A DNA stretch of 63,799 nucleotides, filler included, from Folioceros fuciformis (GCA_049999805.1; 11 parts of 11 records of this genome joined end to end with filler, not necessarily neighbours in it), one strand, 5' to 3'; shown: positions 29,401 to 42,702, numbered from the whole stretch's first letter. Translations and numbers: made by a program. The notes: generated by a model from the sequence alone, not told the origin.

Positions 29401-30320
29401 TCAATCGTACCACTTCGTGCTCTTCCTTGCATGACTAGGTTCCGGGAAGGGAAGATTTACAATCTTGTTGATCTTGGCCTGATGTTTGCCTTCCACAATA
29501 TTAGCATCTGGTAACAGGATTAAATATAAAACAAGTGAGAAGAGGCTTCACTTTTCGTTTTTGTTTTCTGCAAAACCGCATATTGAAGATATTGAAATTC
29601 CTCTTGCATGGAATGGACTCCTCAAACTACTTACGTGCTTGTTCTAATCGATGCTTCTCCTTTTCAATCAAAGTGACTGCTTTCTTCTTGTTCATTTGAG
29701 CTTCCAACGCATGAAGAAACTCTTGCTTGCTCTGCACAATGGCCAAAAGATTGAGTTAAGTACGCATACATTCATTTAAATACTACCATTGTAAGTAAGT
29801 TTATTGAGTGATAGTCTACCATTCTTTCTTGTTGCTTTTCTTCTTGCTCCTCCCTTGCCTTTGCTTGAGCATCCAAGGTATATTGCTCCCTTGCTTTTTG
29901 TTTATCTTCTTTTTCTTTATGTCGTGCTTCATCTGAACAAGAATGACACACATAGGATATCATCTTAAAATCTGCAAGCTTGATCATACAAGAAGGTATT
30001 AACAATCTATGGCTTAAGAGAGAGCTATACCTTTTCGTCTTATATTATCCTGCCTGTCCTCATGACAAGCCTCAAAAAGCTTTCTCCTCTCCAAATCTTC
30101 ATGCCTTTTGATGGCATCTCTTCTCTCCCACTCTTCAGCAGCTTCTGCTTCTATAATAGCATTCCTTTTCTCCTCAATTTCTTGTTGTTTTGCTAATGCA
30201 GATTTCAATTCTAATGCATATTGTTGTGCTTCTCTACGTTGCGTAGCTCTCAGGTCTTGGTCTTCTTCCTCTTCCGCTTTCTCTCTCTCTTGCACCATTG
30301 CGCAAAGGTGGGCTTCAAAT
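29401..30320 (-). CDS. 3' part of a coiled-coil (trichohyalin-plectin-homology type) cilia/flagella protein, CFAP53-like; 5' end lost at contig edge
   Basis: Exons >30320-30031, 29932-29820, 29731-29635 and about 29507-29401, phase-consistent GT-AG. It encodes a long E/K/R/Q coil ending ...KINKIVNLPFPEPSHARKSTKWYD*. This C-terminal P-x-H-x-R-K-x3-WY pattern is what I recall for algal FAP53. Confidence 0.55.
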
Positions 30321-30420
30321 NNNNNNNNNNNNNNNNNNNNNNNNNNNNNNNNNNNNNNNNNNNNTTAATTAATTAANNNNNNNNNNNNNNNNNNNNNNNN
30401 NNNNNNNNNNNNNNNNNNNN

Positions 30421-33400
30421 ATACTAGGATTCTCTGAATGTCTTGACAACTATATCAAAGGGCCCACATCAGCCAGTGACTTCAAGTCTTTAACAACTGG
30501 CAGCTGACAGAACAGCAGTACAACATCAGAAACAAAGCTTAGTGTCATAAAATGGGCTCACTTTCAAGTCCATTTGAAACTTTTCTTGTGCCAGCATGGC
30601 AAGGAGTGACCCATCTTCCTTGTTTAGATAAATTCTGGCACTTTCCATGTCCATCTTCAGCCTGAATACCACCCGGGATTTGCCACGACCAAGCAATCCT
30701 TTAACAACATCCCGACCCTTCGGCTCTGCAGTATCTACATTCGACTCCCCATCATACATCAAATCCCTGTCTTGAGCAGGTTCTCCAATGTCTACCAATA
30801 TTTCACTCAGGGCACACCCAAACTCAATCAAGGTTACGATTGTTGGCCTGTTGCAGAAGAAATCCAAAGTTGCAACGCGTATGCTTATCTGGGTTTCAAG
30901 TTCCAAGGAGTTTGTTAGAATCCTAAGTGATGGCGTACTTCATGAGAAAAGTCAAAAATCATTCGCCATGAAGATGAGTCACCTGGGTATCGGTGCCATC
31001 ATACTCAGGGGAAGCAGATTCCCTGAAAGAAATTTTTATCCGAACAAAGTCAGCTGCTTCACCTTCATCATTATGATCATTTGTTTGGTCCAGCAGTGAC
31101 TCTGCTTTTAGCAAACTTGCAAATTCAAGTCTCCAGAAAGGCAAAGTCTTTACAGAAGGTGTGGTATCAAATGCAGATAGTTTTTCGGAGGGTTTAGAAG
31201 ATGGAAAACTTGAGAACACGGCTCTTGGAGTGGAAGAGTGAGAGTCTGGCGAGGTCCCACCAAAGTCTGGTAGTGCATCTCGAAAACAGTCATCGTCTTC
31301 TTCACCCATACTTGCACTGTGAGGTAGATGACTTGGTAGCCCTGTCTCCATTGGAGATAACTCGAAGTCATCCGCTTCTCCATTCACGGTCTTTGAGAAC
31401 AGTACGGACTTAGCAATGTACTGACAGGAAGGAGAAATGTGCCCTTGTAACTTATCCTCTATCTTTAGAGAGTGCAACTTGATGTTTACTGTCATGTCAT
31501 GCTGCCTTTGAAGCACATCTACCTGAATGTTCAAACAGTCAGAGCATTAGCACCGACAACAAAGTCCTTCTACCAGCAATTCTTTGTTACCTTCCCACCG
31601 TACGCCTGAAGCTCTGCAATGAGACGTTCTTCGGGGCTTGATCCAGGACTGATGTATGCAGTCTGAAAGAATAGTGAACATGACAAGAGTACAAGAATAA
31701 GCGTAGGTCCTGTATGGCAGCCGCAGAGGTGTCCCATCCTCATTTTTTAGGCTCAAGTATATTGGTGGCATTCACCAGCTTCATACTAGGCTCAGTAATA
31801 CCTACCGATCCACTCAAAAAGAGCTGTAGCTCATCCAAGGAACCCGCCACAAACAGGTTAAGCTGATCAGGTGGCTTCAGTCTTATTTCTTGCATCTCCC
31901 CTCCCAATGAAGCAGGCAAAGACAGTGCTGTGGATACCTGAAAATCCATTCACCAGTGCACATAAGCACACGTTCAACAATGTTCAAGTGAACTGCGACC
32001 TGCAGGTGACTGACTCCGATACTATCACCACTTACAGCAGCTTTGTTAGTTGCGAGGGTGAGATGATTTAGCCAGGCAGCTTTTACTTCCTCAGTTCTTA
32101 GTTGCATGACCGCAGTGCTGGACGATTCAATAACCTTCAAACACACTTTTCACTGTTAATCGACCCCACAGAAATATCTAGAATCCCAAGCATGAGCTTG
32201 TACAAGAGAACGCAAAAGCCATGTAACTCGCACCACATTTATTAGTCACTCTGTGACTGCAACCAGAACAGAAGGAACTTGTAAAAACATTTAACCTAGT
32301 GTTCTCGCACCTTCTGCAGCTCAGTCCCTCGGCTACAAACAGCAATGACATTATCTGATCCGCCAATCACTGCGGGTGGGATCTCCACGACCTGTTTGCC
32401 CACTAAACTGTGTACATCATGAAAAACTAATGGTGAGAACCAAGCAAGCACTCAACTCAATGAACGCATGGATCCTATCAGAGTGTAGCAATGTAATCAG
32501 AGAGTACCTGTAACACCTTTGATAGGTCGGGGCTGTATCTGACTCCAAAATATAAAGATAAGGACCTGTCAGAACAGCCCAACGAGACTGCCACTCGGCC
32601 ACTGTACTGCCTATTCCCTGTAATAGACAGTACAAATTAGGGACCTGAAAATCGCTACCAATAGGCAGACCAAGCCACTAAAGGGTCAGCCAGTCTCACC
32701 CCCCAGAGCAGGACCCGAACTTCACCCGCATGATCCCCTGGATGCCAAGATGCAACACCTTCTGATGCTGCAGCACTACTGCTGTGCTCATTTGGCTGCT
32801 CAACACCTGAGACCGCTTTCATCAAGCACATAAACCGCTCATATCTGGCAGGTGAGAAGTGCAAGCCCACACGAGGAACCTGAATAGCCACACGGGTAGA
32901 GGGGAAACTTGCGTGTGGAACTTGAATCTGCCACATTCAGCGGCAGTTTAGAATACTCAAACATTACTGCATGCACACAAGGGACCGCTTTGCAACTGCC
33001 CGTCACTGCACCTGATCAAAAACAACTGACATTCCACATCGATCTAGCACTGGAAATATCTGGCGGCCAAGTCCACCGCACTGGTCAAATTCCATGTCAA
33101 CATCGCCAATGAAATCCGAAGGTGCTTCTGACCAATCAAAGTGACCATCGGCCAAGAAGGCTGATATATCACTACCAACAATGTGAAAGCGAGAATAAAG
33201 GCCATCCCTATGCTTCCCATCCACATTATGTTCCTGCAAACAAAGCAAGAATTTAGATAGCAAGAAGGGCAACTCTTACATCTTCTGAAAGCTAGGGCTT
33301 CCTTTCATAGAAAACTCACAGCAGTGTGCAGCTTGAAATGTCCAAGATCAACAAGTAACTGAGTCTTCCGCCCAGAATTTCCCAACATGTCACCAGGTAT

Positions 33401-36400
33401 CGTAATCTTTGGAGCATCAAGATCTAAGCAAATGGAAAACCTGCCATCATCCATCACAACTCTTGATTGCTGAAACCATCAACTATGACAATTATCACCA
33501 CATTTTCAGAGAAGTTCAGATTTTCAGGTACATCTACATGTCTTGCCAGATGAAATCTGTGCTGATAAACATGAAAGGCTGCAGCACCCATCAGCATAAA
33601 TTGCCAACAAATTATAGATACTTGTCAAGAATAGACCTTTTGCTCTCTTCAAGAACAAGTTGCAACTGCTCCTGGGCTCGCCTAGTCACTTCTTCAAACT
33701 TGCTCTGCAGCCCATCAGATTCCAAAACTACAATAAAATGCCTCTGCATATGTACATGCGCAATAGAAGTGTCCCAGGACGGTTTAGCAGAACCTGCAAT
33801 GCTGCAGCAGTCTCGAATGCTACCTCAGGGCTCAGGGCTCGAGCACTTCTTAGAAAACCAAGAAAGCGGTCAAAACTTGCTCTCCAAACCTACAACCATC
33901 GATTAAAAAAGTTCATAGTGGTGAGTCCCTAAAGATCACTTCCCCATCCACAGCATGGTTGCAAAAAGGAAAGAACCTTACCGTTACATGCATTGGAGAC
34001 ATGGTCGCAGACAACTTCCAATCCAAATGCTCTTCTAGAGGAGAATGCACAAAAGTTGTCGTCAGGGCATGCTCCCTCCCTTCTCGACTGACACTCTGAA
34101 ACAAACATCCCTGCTCAGTGATGGCCCATGTATGGAGAGCACCAAGAACTGCTTATGCAAGTAGGAGCAGGAACCCCCATTTCGACAACAAGCTGCTTTT
34201 CACACTCAGAAATGCAGACCTCTAGAAGTGGACCTTCAGGAGCTGACAGGCCATAAAACTGCAACTGCAGATCACAGTCCACTGTTTTTGGATACAGTCG
34301 AAACCCGATGTGCAGATTAACAAAAGTTCCACAAAGTATCTCAGTTTTACTGCGGTCTAACACTCGGGCAGCACTTCTTTGGATAGTGATAGAATATGTG
34401 ATCTGCAACATGTTGGGAGCTTCCTGACTTGCTTCCTCGCCAGGTTTATAACTCATTAGTTCATTCAACGTTTTCCACTCCTCCTCAGTTAGCTGTCCTG
34501 ATACAGAAGACTCTATTTCCGTGGATGAAGTTGCTCGAGGATCTTTATCAGCAGCAGTACCCCTGAGATGACAGCAAGAACGTTCGATCAGCTTGTGTTG
34601 GAAGACTGAACAAGCAGCAACAAACATAATCTATGATGCTTCACTTGTCGTCACTAACCAGCCTAAAGACCACCACGTGCTTTTCTTCAGGCGTTCTCTT
34701 TCCCTGGCCGCTTCCTTTGATCTTGTGCTTTCCACTTTAGCATGTGCCAAGAATCTTGACAAAAACAGCAACAGCGCTTGAAATATAAGATTGTGTCTAG
34801 ATGCACGAGAATACATGAGAAAATGACTATCGAGCCTCTAGACTTGGCAAGCACCTCCACAAAAGAATGACCTCCACTTCTAGCTCCTCGTCCCATTTCT
34901 TGATCTCAGGGTTGCTGACTTTAGGGCTCTGCTGCAGGCAGCTTGCATACAATTGCACATACTTCCTTCGCAGCTGGCAGTAGTGCACAATTTTTGGCCA
35001 GGAAAAACGATACCTACCACCAATACAAACATCATCACGTCATATACATTGCTCGACAAGGGACACAATTCCCCCCCTCCAGATGTTGAGGGAGACAACA
35101 ACAACAGCTCCCAATGCAAGCTGCTATTAATTACCAAATCAATCGCTGTTGCTGCAAAACTGCCTGGCAACCATACAGCCACCAGGCACGGGGCGAAGTT
35201 GAAACCGATGCTGAGGGCCGAAACCGGGCATACTGCATCCTTGTTCTGTACCGTGATACAGATTCAAGGAGCTTCATACCATCACAGTACTGGAGCTGCA
35301 GAGACACAAGCCCCAGGGATGTCAATCAACATAAAATTATATGGTCTTCATTTGGGACCTGTGGCACTTCATGATCGGTACCTCTGACACAGTCACTGAG
35401 AGTTGATCCAGTACAAGAGACAACTCTTGTAGTGGTACATCTTTATCTCTCTTTTCTCGCTTGCCACGACGGTAATATCTCATTGTGCCATCAACAGGAT
35501 GCAGCAGATACTGACGACCACTGGACCACTTTGAAGGCAGTGAGCCCTCATGCACATCCTGTAATACACCGTCCTCGAAAATCTGTACAGTCAGAGAGAT
35601 CAAGTTACACTCAAGTCCCCTGATACACATATGGAACCAATTTTCAGCCTACGACATTACAAAGCACATAGAATATGAATAGAACCTCAGTCCATTCTTG
35701 TGGTGACATGTCTTCCCAACTTTTTCCCGGTTGCCATGGCTTACTATCTGAATCATGGTACACAGCGAACCGCAACAGCTGTAGAGACTGCAAACCCAGG
35801 TGAGAGCATCTATCAGTACATCCTTGTCTACTACATATTTATCAGCTTATGCAGCACAACAGGTAGGCAATAGACGTGCCGAGAAGACAGAGATCAAGGG
35901 CAACCTTGCAAAGCTTTTCCAACGCACCACTGGCGACAAAAGTTTCAGCTCCTGCTTCGTCAATAGTCACAGCAGCAAGAGTAGCCAATGTGATACCAGC
36001 ACAGAATGGATGCCCAGGATTGCTGAAATGACCATAACCCATGCGTGATGTGAATGACACAACCAGCATGAAGTTCAAATACAACAAGTGACAACATAAA
36101 GCCAGCACCTCACCTAATAGTATCTTCATAACGTATGTGCAAGTTTGTGATGGAAATCTTCAAGTTGCCAACAATAGTAGCAATCAATGATCCTAACCAT
36201 GAGCTCCTCTCATCTGACTGAAAAGAAGGTACCCACATGATTATCAGTTCCTGGACCCGGATACTGGCTACTAAAGAACAAAACGGAGCACATAGAGGTC
36301 CATCGCAAGCTGACAGAGAGGTAGAGAGGCCAACAGCTTCAGATGGGGCAGCCTTCTTATCCTTCGCTTCCAGCATTGCAACTTCAGCATCCTGACGAGA

Positions 36401-37291
36401 AAGACGACGTCCATTTACTTCCAATTCCATTCACGAAAGGGCTTGGAAAAGGTACTGAAAGTACTAGCGAGCTTGGTTCACGGCCCACACCTCAACCTTG
36501 CGTCTCTTGGCTTCAAACCACTGCTCCTCGTCTTCTTCCTGCCAGCAGGCCACACCCTCCACATGTAAGTCACAATGACATTACCAAAGAGACACGACGA
36601 ACTTCATACGCTGCTTCCCTGTGAAGAAGGGGCTCCAAGTCAAAACAACATATATCACTACCTCAGACGAATGTCCATCTCGCAAAGGTTCAGCTAGAAC
36701 AAAGATGCGGTCGAGAAGAACTACTACTGGCTCTTTCCCTAGCTTATTCCAAGGTACCTGCAAAGACATGCACACATTGTTCAAACTTGCCCCTGGAGCA
36801 TGGGAAATACTGTTACAGAAGGCCCACAAGGTCAACAATCGGCTTTTCTGCAAATACACACCTTCAGAGTCACAGATCCAAGAAAGCCAGCTTTCACAGT
36901 TATAGGCAGCTTCAGCGCATTCAACGCCTCAGCCTTCAGCTGCAAATCCTTGAGCACGACATCACCTGGAAGAACAGTTCAACGTCTCAGCAGACTTGTA
37001 CCGAAAAGGATGAACAGCTCTGAACCACCACGAAGGACAGGGCTAGCGGGCAAAGTTTACAAACCCTTCCAAACACTGATCTTCAAGGCCTCTATTGATA
37101 GTCCGCGGACATAGTCCCCTAAATACTTCTTCAGCAGGTTCAAAACCTGCCCAGCCATCTCGTCAGTTCAAGCCACGGGCACAACTCCAATTCTACACAA
37201 ATCTACTCCAAACCTACTCCTGCTTCCCATCCCACGGCTACAACTGCTCTGCATCTCCACGAGTCACGATACTCACGTGGGCTTCAAACAT
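30421..37291 (-). CDS. VPS13: VPS13-family bridge-like lipid transfer protein, N-terminal portion (many short introns); truncated by contig end
   Basis: The spliced start MFEAH|VLNLLKKYLGDYVRGLSIEALKISVWKG|DVVLKDLQLKAEALNALKLPITVKAGFLGSVTLK|VPWNKLGKEPVVVLLDRIFVLAEP is a chorein N domain. Also SWLGSLIATIVGNLKISITNLHIRYED, LDLDAPKITIP...LLVDLGHF, an internal PH-like exon (AEWQSRWAVLTGPYLYILES), ATLDFFCNRPTI and VKGLLGRGKSRVVF. Confidence 0.93.
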
Positions 37292-38189
37292 GTTGCCTTG
37301 GTCCCAACAGCATTTTCAGTCGGACTTCACAGCTCCGTGCCAAACCCGAGCACTCGACACCGAAGACTGCAAATCTATATAATCCACCTGCCTCTCTCTA
37401 CGAGCTCCGACGGTTCGCTACACATCCAACACCACCAGCATCGGCAATCAGACACCGAAACCACCGGCCTCATCCATCAATTCACCACGCACCCACAAAA
37501 TGAAATCAGCAGCACACCCAATCCAGCCCTCACGAGCTCAATTCAGCTGCGATCAGGAAAACCTCCGTCCCAACCAGCAGGCCTCCAAGGCGGGCAATCT
37601 GGCAACACCACTCTTCTGGCCCCCACCCACTGCACACAGCGACCTGGCATTACACCAGTGAGGCGACAACCACAGTGACCTGCTGGAGGCGCTCAGATCC
37701 GAGCCCGCATTCACTCACCAGCTCTTCCTCCCTGCTGAGTCGTGATGCGCACACGTGCGATCTTGGTCGCCAAGCTCCCTCGCCAAAATTCAGCGGGAAC
37801 CGGGACAGCGGACCTTGCAAGGCTGCACACATGGCCTGTCGCGCNNNNNNNNNNNNNNNNNNNNNNNNNNNNNNNNNNNNNNNNNNNNTTAATTAATTAA
37901 NNNNNNNNNNNNNNNNNNNNNNNNNNNNNNNNNNNNNNNNNNNNATTCAGGAGCGCTTGGTGGGCAGGTTGCAGGGCCAGGAGTCTTGGCCAGCCGTGGC
38001 CAGCAGGATGGAGGGAAGGACCTAAAGATGGGAGACTTTGGGGAAGAAGGCAGGATAATCAGAGGGAGATGATTTGACCCGGGACGGGAGAGGGATGTTG
38101 AGAGGCACCCCTGATCTTTGCTAGATGTGACGGGCTGATAATTGTGGGCAGCTAACGGTGTCAAGGGGCAATGAGCAATTAGAAGCAGG

Positions 38190-38500
38190 TGTAGATTAGA
38201 GTTAGGATTCTAGGTTAGGTTAGGTCTAGGTTAGGTTTAGGTCAGACCTAGGTCAGGTTAGGCTTAGATCAGACCTAGGTCAGGATAGGTTAGGTTTAGG
38301 TTAGGTCTAGGTTAGGTAAGGTTAGGTTAGGCTTAGGTCAAACCTAGGTCAGGATAGGTTAGGTTTAGGTCAGACCTAGGTTAGGTTAGGTCTGGGTTAG
38401 ACTTAGGCTAGGTCTAGGTTAGATTTGGGTTAGGTTTAGGTCAGATCCAGGTTAGGTCATACCTCGGTCAGGTTTAGGTCAGAACTTGGTTAGGTCAGAG
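38190..38500 (+). repeat. Degenerate (T1-3AGG / TCAGG / CTAGG)n low-complexity tract
   Basis: About 300 bp of ttagg, tttagg, ctagg and tcagg units. A related tract and flank occur at 47750-47879. Confidence 0.85.
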
Positions 38501-39333
38501 AGAGGAGGTAGGGTAATTGATTCAGGTTACCCTAGTAGACAGAGATGAGGGTAGGCAGATAAGAGGGGAGACCTGCCATTGAGAGGGGGCGGTCTATGGT
38601 GAGAGGTCCCCGGATTTTGTGGGTAGAACTCCTGGCTTAGGGCGCTGAGCCGGTTGAGGTCGACCCAAAGTCCTGATTCCCCTTGCCACTAGGGGAACGT
38701 GGGGATCCCGGGGCTGTCAAGATCCGTGTGGCCGGATCCGCAAGGGCTACATGATTCGCAGGTTGGCTGAAGTGAAGGAACAGGACCGTGAGATGAAGGG
38801 CTATCCAGTCCTAGATCCACACTATGCTTGAAGGCTGCAAGAAGTGAAGCCATTGTGCCCTAATTTCCAGGGGGGAGAGCTGAAGAAAAGGGAGGAAGAG
38901 TTGGAGTGGAATGCATAGAAGTGAAGAGTGAGCTCCTGAAGAGTAGGAGTGTGTGTTGAAGTGGAGGGTGAAGGACTGAAATGAAGAGGAGGGGACTGAA
39001 GTAGGAATCTTGGAGGACTGAAGTGAAGAGGAAGGGACTGAAGTGGGAACCTTGAAGAGTTGAGGTCAAGTAGAAAGTGGCTGAAGTGGGAATCAAGAAG
39101 AGCTGGAGGACTGAAGAACAGGAGTGTGAGTTGGGTGAGCTGACTTAGGGGGTAGGCTAGGCTTCTAGCCCTTTTGCTGTGAGTATATGGACAGACCTAT
39201 AGACCGGCTGATAGGTAGAAGTGTGATAGGTAGTGTTCCTTGGCACTAGTTCACTCCCTTGGGAGCGAACCATAGGACTGCAACGACAATAGGGGAATGT
39301 GTGGCCCCTTGGGTGGTTCTTGGGTGCAAGAAA

Positions 39334-40916
39334 TCATTCCACAATATGGCTGCAGACATCCTTTGGGACGTCTTCCACCCCACCCCCTCCTGCATCAGTG
39401 GCTACCTTGGCGCAAATCCGCTGAGCCTTGAACGAAAGCGGCGAAGAACCAGCTTGCACCGACACCAAGGCCCCCCGGACGGCTTGGATTACCGCCTCGG
39501 TAGCATCTCTCACCGCTAGGACCTCACTCTCCCACTCCATCTTGATGTGAGATTCTTGTGTCATCTTCCCCTCTACCCCAACCCCCGATTCTGTAGCAGC
39601 CACACTAGATCTATCCGGCAACAGCCCGTCGTCCAGAGCCCCAGGAGGGGTTTGTTGAAGGTGCCTGGAAGGATTGCTTTCCATATCTTCCACGACAGCC
39701 TCGCGGTTGAAGCCAGCCTCCGCCTGTTCCTTAAGAGTGCTCCCCTCGTCTCCTCTTGCCAGCTCGAGGAGGAGCCCATCGCCCTCTAACGAAATACTAG
39801 AAAGGCGATCAGTCGGTTCCAACGCCAGAGCATCATCAGGGGCCATGTGACCCGCACTACTATCTGCTTCCATTGACCCCTAGGAGCCTCTGTCATGCCC
39901 CACCCTGATCTTTTCAAGCTTTTCCTCCACCACCAGCTCCTCCTCACCTGGCATGGTCGGAGGGGTACCACCAGACTTCAGCCCATGACTGTACACAAGT
40001 TCTCTGCCTAATCCGGGACCCTGCTACCGACTTGAGTTGTGCTGGCGATCCTCGAACACATCCGGATGTGCCACCAGCTCCCCCGCCCCCCTCTTGTTCT
40101 CGTGCCCAATGAAAGAACCTACCTCCAGGTTGGGATCCTCCCGTGAAACTAACCCGTGGGGGACTGACCCAACTGTGCTTATCGAGCTTGTATCTTTCGG
40201 ATAGAGAGCCTGCCTCCAGTCTTGATTCCCATCACCCTTGCATGCTGCCAGCACATTCCCCCCGACCAAAGGCTTACCAGCGAGCACCGACCCTACTACC
40301 CCCGCCCTCGGGAACACTGTCCCGATCTACTTCAAAGGAGCTCCCCGGAGTGGGAAGCTCACTGCAAGCGGTCGAGACTACCTTAGAGACGCTGAGAGGC
40401 TTGGTGGCATCAAACACTGCTCTCAAGTCGTTCCTGGCCGATGCACTTTCGGGGGAGGCAAGTTGAGACCCGCGCAACGACTTGTCTGGTCTCTTGGTAG
40501 CAACATGGCACTCTGGACCCCCGATTGTACCTTGTCTCTCTTTATGAGGGGCACAGAAGTTGTTTACTGGCAACAGATCTGGCAGCGAGATTGACTTCTT
40601 CCTGTTGAAAATACCTCGCTTCCGTAAGAAACTCTGTTAGGGGGCCCAGCTGAAGGTCTGGCCTCTCTTTTGCTGAGCCCGATGCAGATGTTTGAGTATT
40701 GCCCGCCTGTGCTTGTACATGAACACAGTCCTCCACCGACGTCCGTACCTGAGCATTGTTTTCAGCTTCAACTTTTGTTCGGCGAGCGTTAGGTGGATTA
40801 GGGTCCTTTCCCCCTGCGTTTAGCCTCCTTGCACTCTGTTTACTAGAACACAAACCGACCACGGCCGCCCATGTGCCAACTGTTGAGGCTCCCCGTGGGG
40901 GGCTCATCGCTTCCAT
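39334..40916 (-). pseudogene. Fragmented intronless ORF, probably TE-derived (LINE ORF1-like?)
   Basis: Four successive minus-strand ORF pieces joined by stops or frameshifts. They are low-complexity, with a 'TWAAVV' near the start. No diagnostic domain was seen. Confidence 0.25.
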
Positions 40917-41477
40917 TGCGGCCCCAAGCTAGGCCGTTGCCAGCATCGCCTTCATCGCCCTCCCCATTATTTAGCAACCAGATCAAGCAAGGTCAGTGCG
41001 TGTTGTGTTTTCCAGACCTTGCAGATGCCTTTTATATGGGTATGACTAGGTTAGTTACTTTCGCTAAACAGCAATTGTCTGCTGAATGGGAACATCATTA
41101 CATTGCACCTTATTATCTTCCATTGCTAGTGCCCTTATGTCCTTTACCTCCTTGGCCTCTTGATTAGCTCAATTTTTGTAACATAATCAATCCAATTAAC
41201 ACACTTGTATAATGTCCTTTCCATTAGAATACCAAGGGCCATTGACCATCATGGTCAATGGCATAACATTATCGGAAACAGATATATTTTCTTAGGTGCT
41301 TCTCATACACATGGTACACTAGGTCATCAATATTCTTCCACTCATATGGGATTAAAGTATCAATGTTATGCTACTTAAACCTCATGTTCTTATTGCTAAC
41401 CTCGTTGAAGACATCACACAACAACTTTGGGCTTCCCAACTTCTCTTTCAACCCAAGTTCCTTTGAATATGTGTGCA

Positions 41478-41800
41478 ATGATTTTTCGATTCAACCCAAG
41501 TTCCTTTGAATATGTGTGCTGCCTTCTTGTTGCAAACCTCAAACCTACGAAAGTACAAAGATTCAACCAAATTCTAATCCATGTACTACTTTGTCGAGAA
41601 GCAAGTTCATGATTTCTCTAAGGCGATTAGCAATACGGGATTCCTACTTGAGCCTTGGAAAATTGTTCAATGTAGACACCACCATGGTATTCGATGTATG
41701 CCATCATATAATAGCCTTGATTTTACAACAAGGAAAACACCACTTACCATGGCTCAATTCCCAGGTTCAAGGAAATTAAAGCTTGCTTTCAAATTGCAAT
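41478..41800 (+). pseudogene. PIF/Harbinger (HARBI1/ALP1-like) transposase relic
   Basis: Across frameshifts it reads FRFNPSSFEYVCCLL...VEKQV / ISLRRLAIRDSYLSLGKLFNVDTTMVFDVCHHIIALILQQGKHHLPW. This matches the Harbinger HTH region consensus (FR...F.YIC.L; VEKQVAI.LRRLA.G.S...G..F.V...TV...HHL.WP). Confidence 0.75.
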
Positions 41801-42002
41801 ATGTAGGCCTTGAACAAGACACATTTTACAATTGAACCCCTCTTTAAACTCTCAAACACAGCTACTATCCTCATGTAGCTCCAACCCACATTAGCTCTAC
41901 CAAAAACGTAGACATACTCGACAACAAGCATGCAATATTTTATCTTTTCTTTAGATTTTACAACATGATGTCGTATTGCCAACATTATGATGGTAGTGCA
42001 GC

Positions 42003-42675
42003 ACTCGAGTTTGACATTGAAGTCATTATGGTGTGGTTGAACTAGCCGAAGATTTTACACTCAAGTTTAATACTAAGGTCATTATAGGGTGGTCGAACTA
42101 GCTGAAAATTTTACACTCAAGTTAACACCAAGGTCATTATGAGGCAGTTGAACTACTAGAAAATTTTACATTCAAGTTAACACCAAGGTCATTATGAGGC
42201 AATCGAACTACTGGAAAATTTTACACTCAAGTTAACACCAAGGTCATTATGAGGCAATCGAACAACTGGAAAATTTTATTCTCAAGTTTTACACCGAAGT
42301 CTTTATGACATGCTTGAACTAGCCGAAGACTTTATACTCAAGTTTAAGACCAAGATCATGATGGCTAGTTGAACCAGCCAAAAATTTTATATTCGAGTTT
42401 GACATGGAAGTCATTGTGGGGTGATTAAACTAGCCGAAAATTTCATACTTGAGTTTTACACAAAAGTCATTATGAGATGGTTGAACTAGTCGAAGATTTT
42501 ATACTCAAGTTTAACACCAAGATCATTATGGGGTAGTTGAACTAGCCAAAAAATTTACACTCGATTTGACACTAAAGTCATAATGGGGTGGTCGAACTAG
42601 CAAAAAATTTTATGCTCGAGTTTGACACCAAAGTCATTATGGGGTGGTTGAACTAGCCGAAGATTGTATACTCAA
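42003..42675. repeat. About 56-bp tandem satellite, about 12 imperfect copies
   Basis: Head-to-tail units like actcaagtttgacaccaaggtcattatggggtggttgaactagccgaaaattttac, with no unique spacers. Confidence 0.92.
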
Positions 42676-42702
42676 GGCGGGGCGGGGCGTGGGCGCAGCC
42701 CA

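Noticed and set aside
38190..38500. True telomere
   Set aside because: The tract is internal, degenerate, has GG rather than GGG units, and is embedded in a dispersed repeat.
42003..42675. CRISPR-like array
   Set aside because: The whole 56-bp unit is repeated with scattered substitutions. There are no unique spacers.
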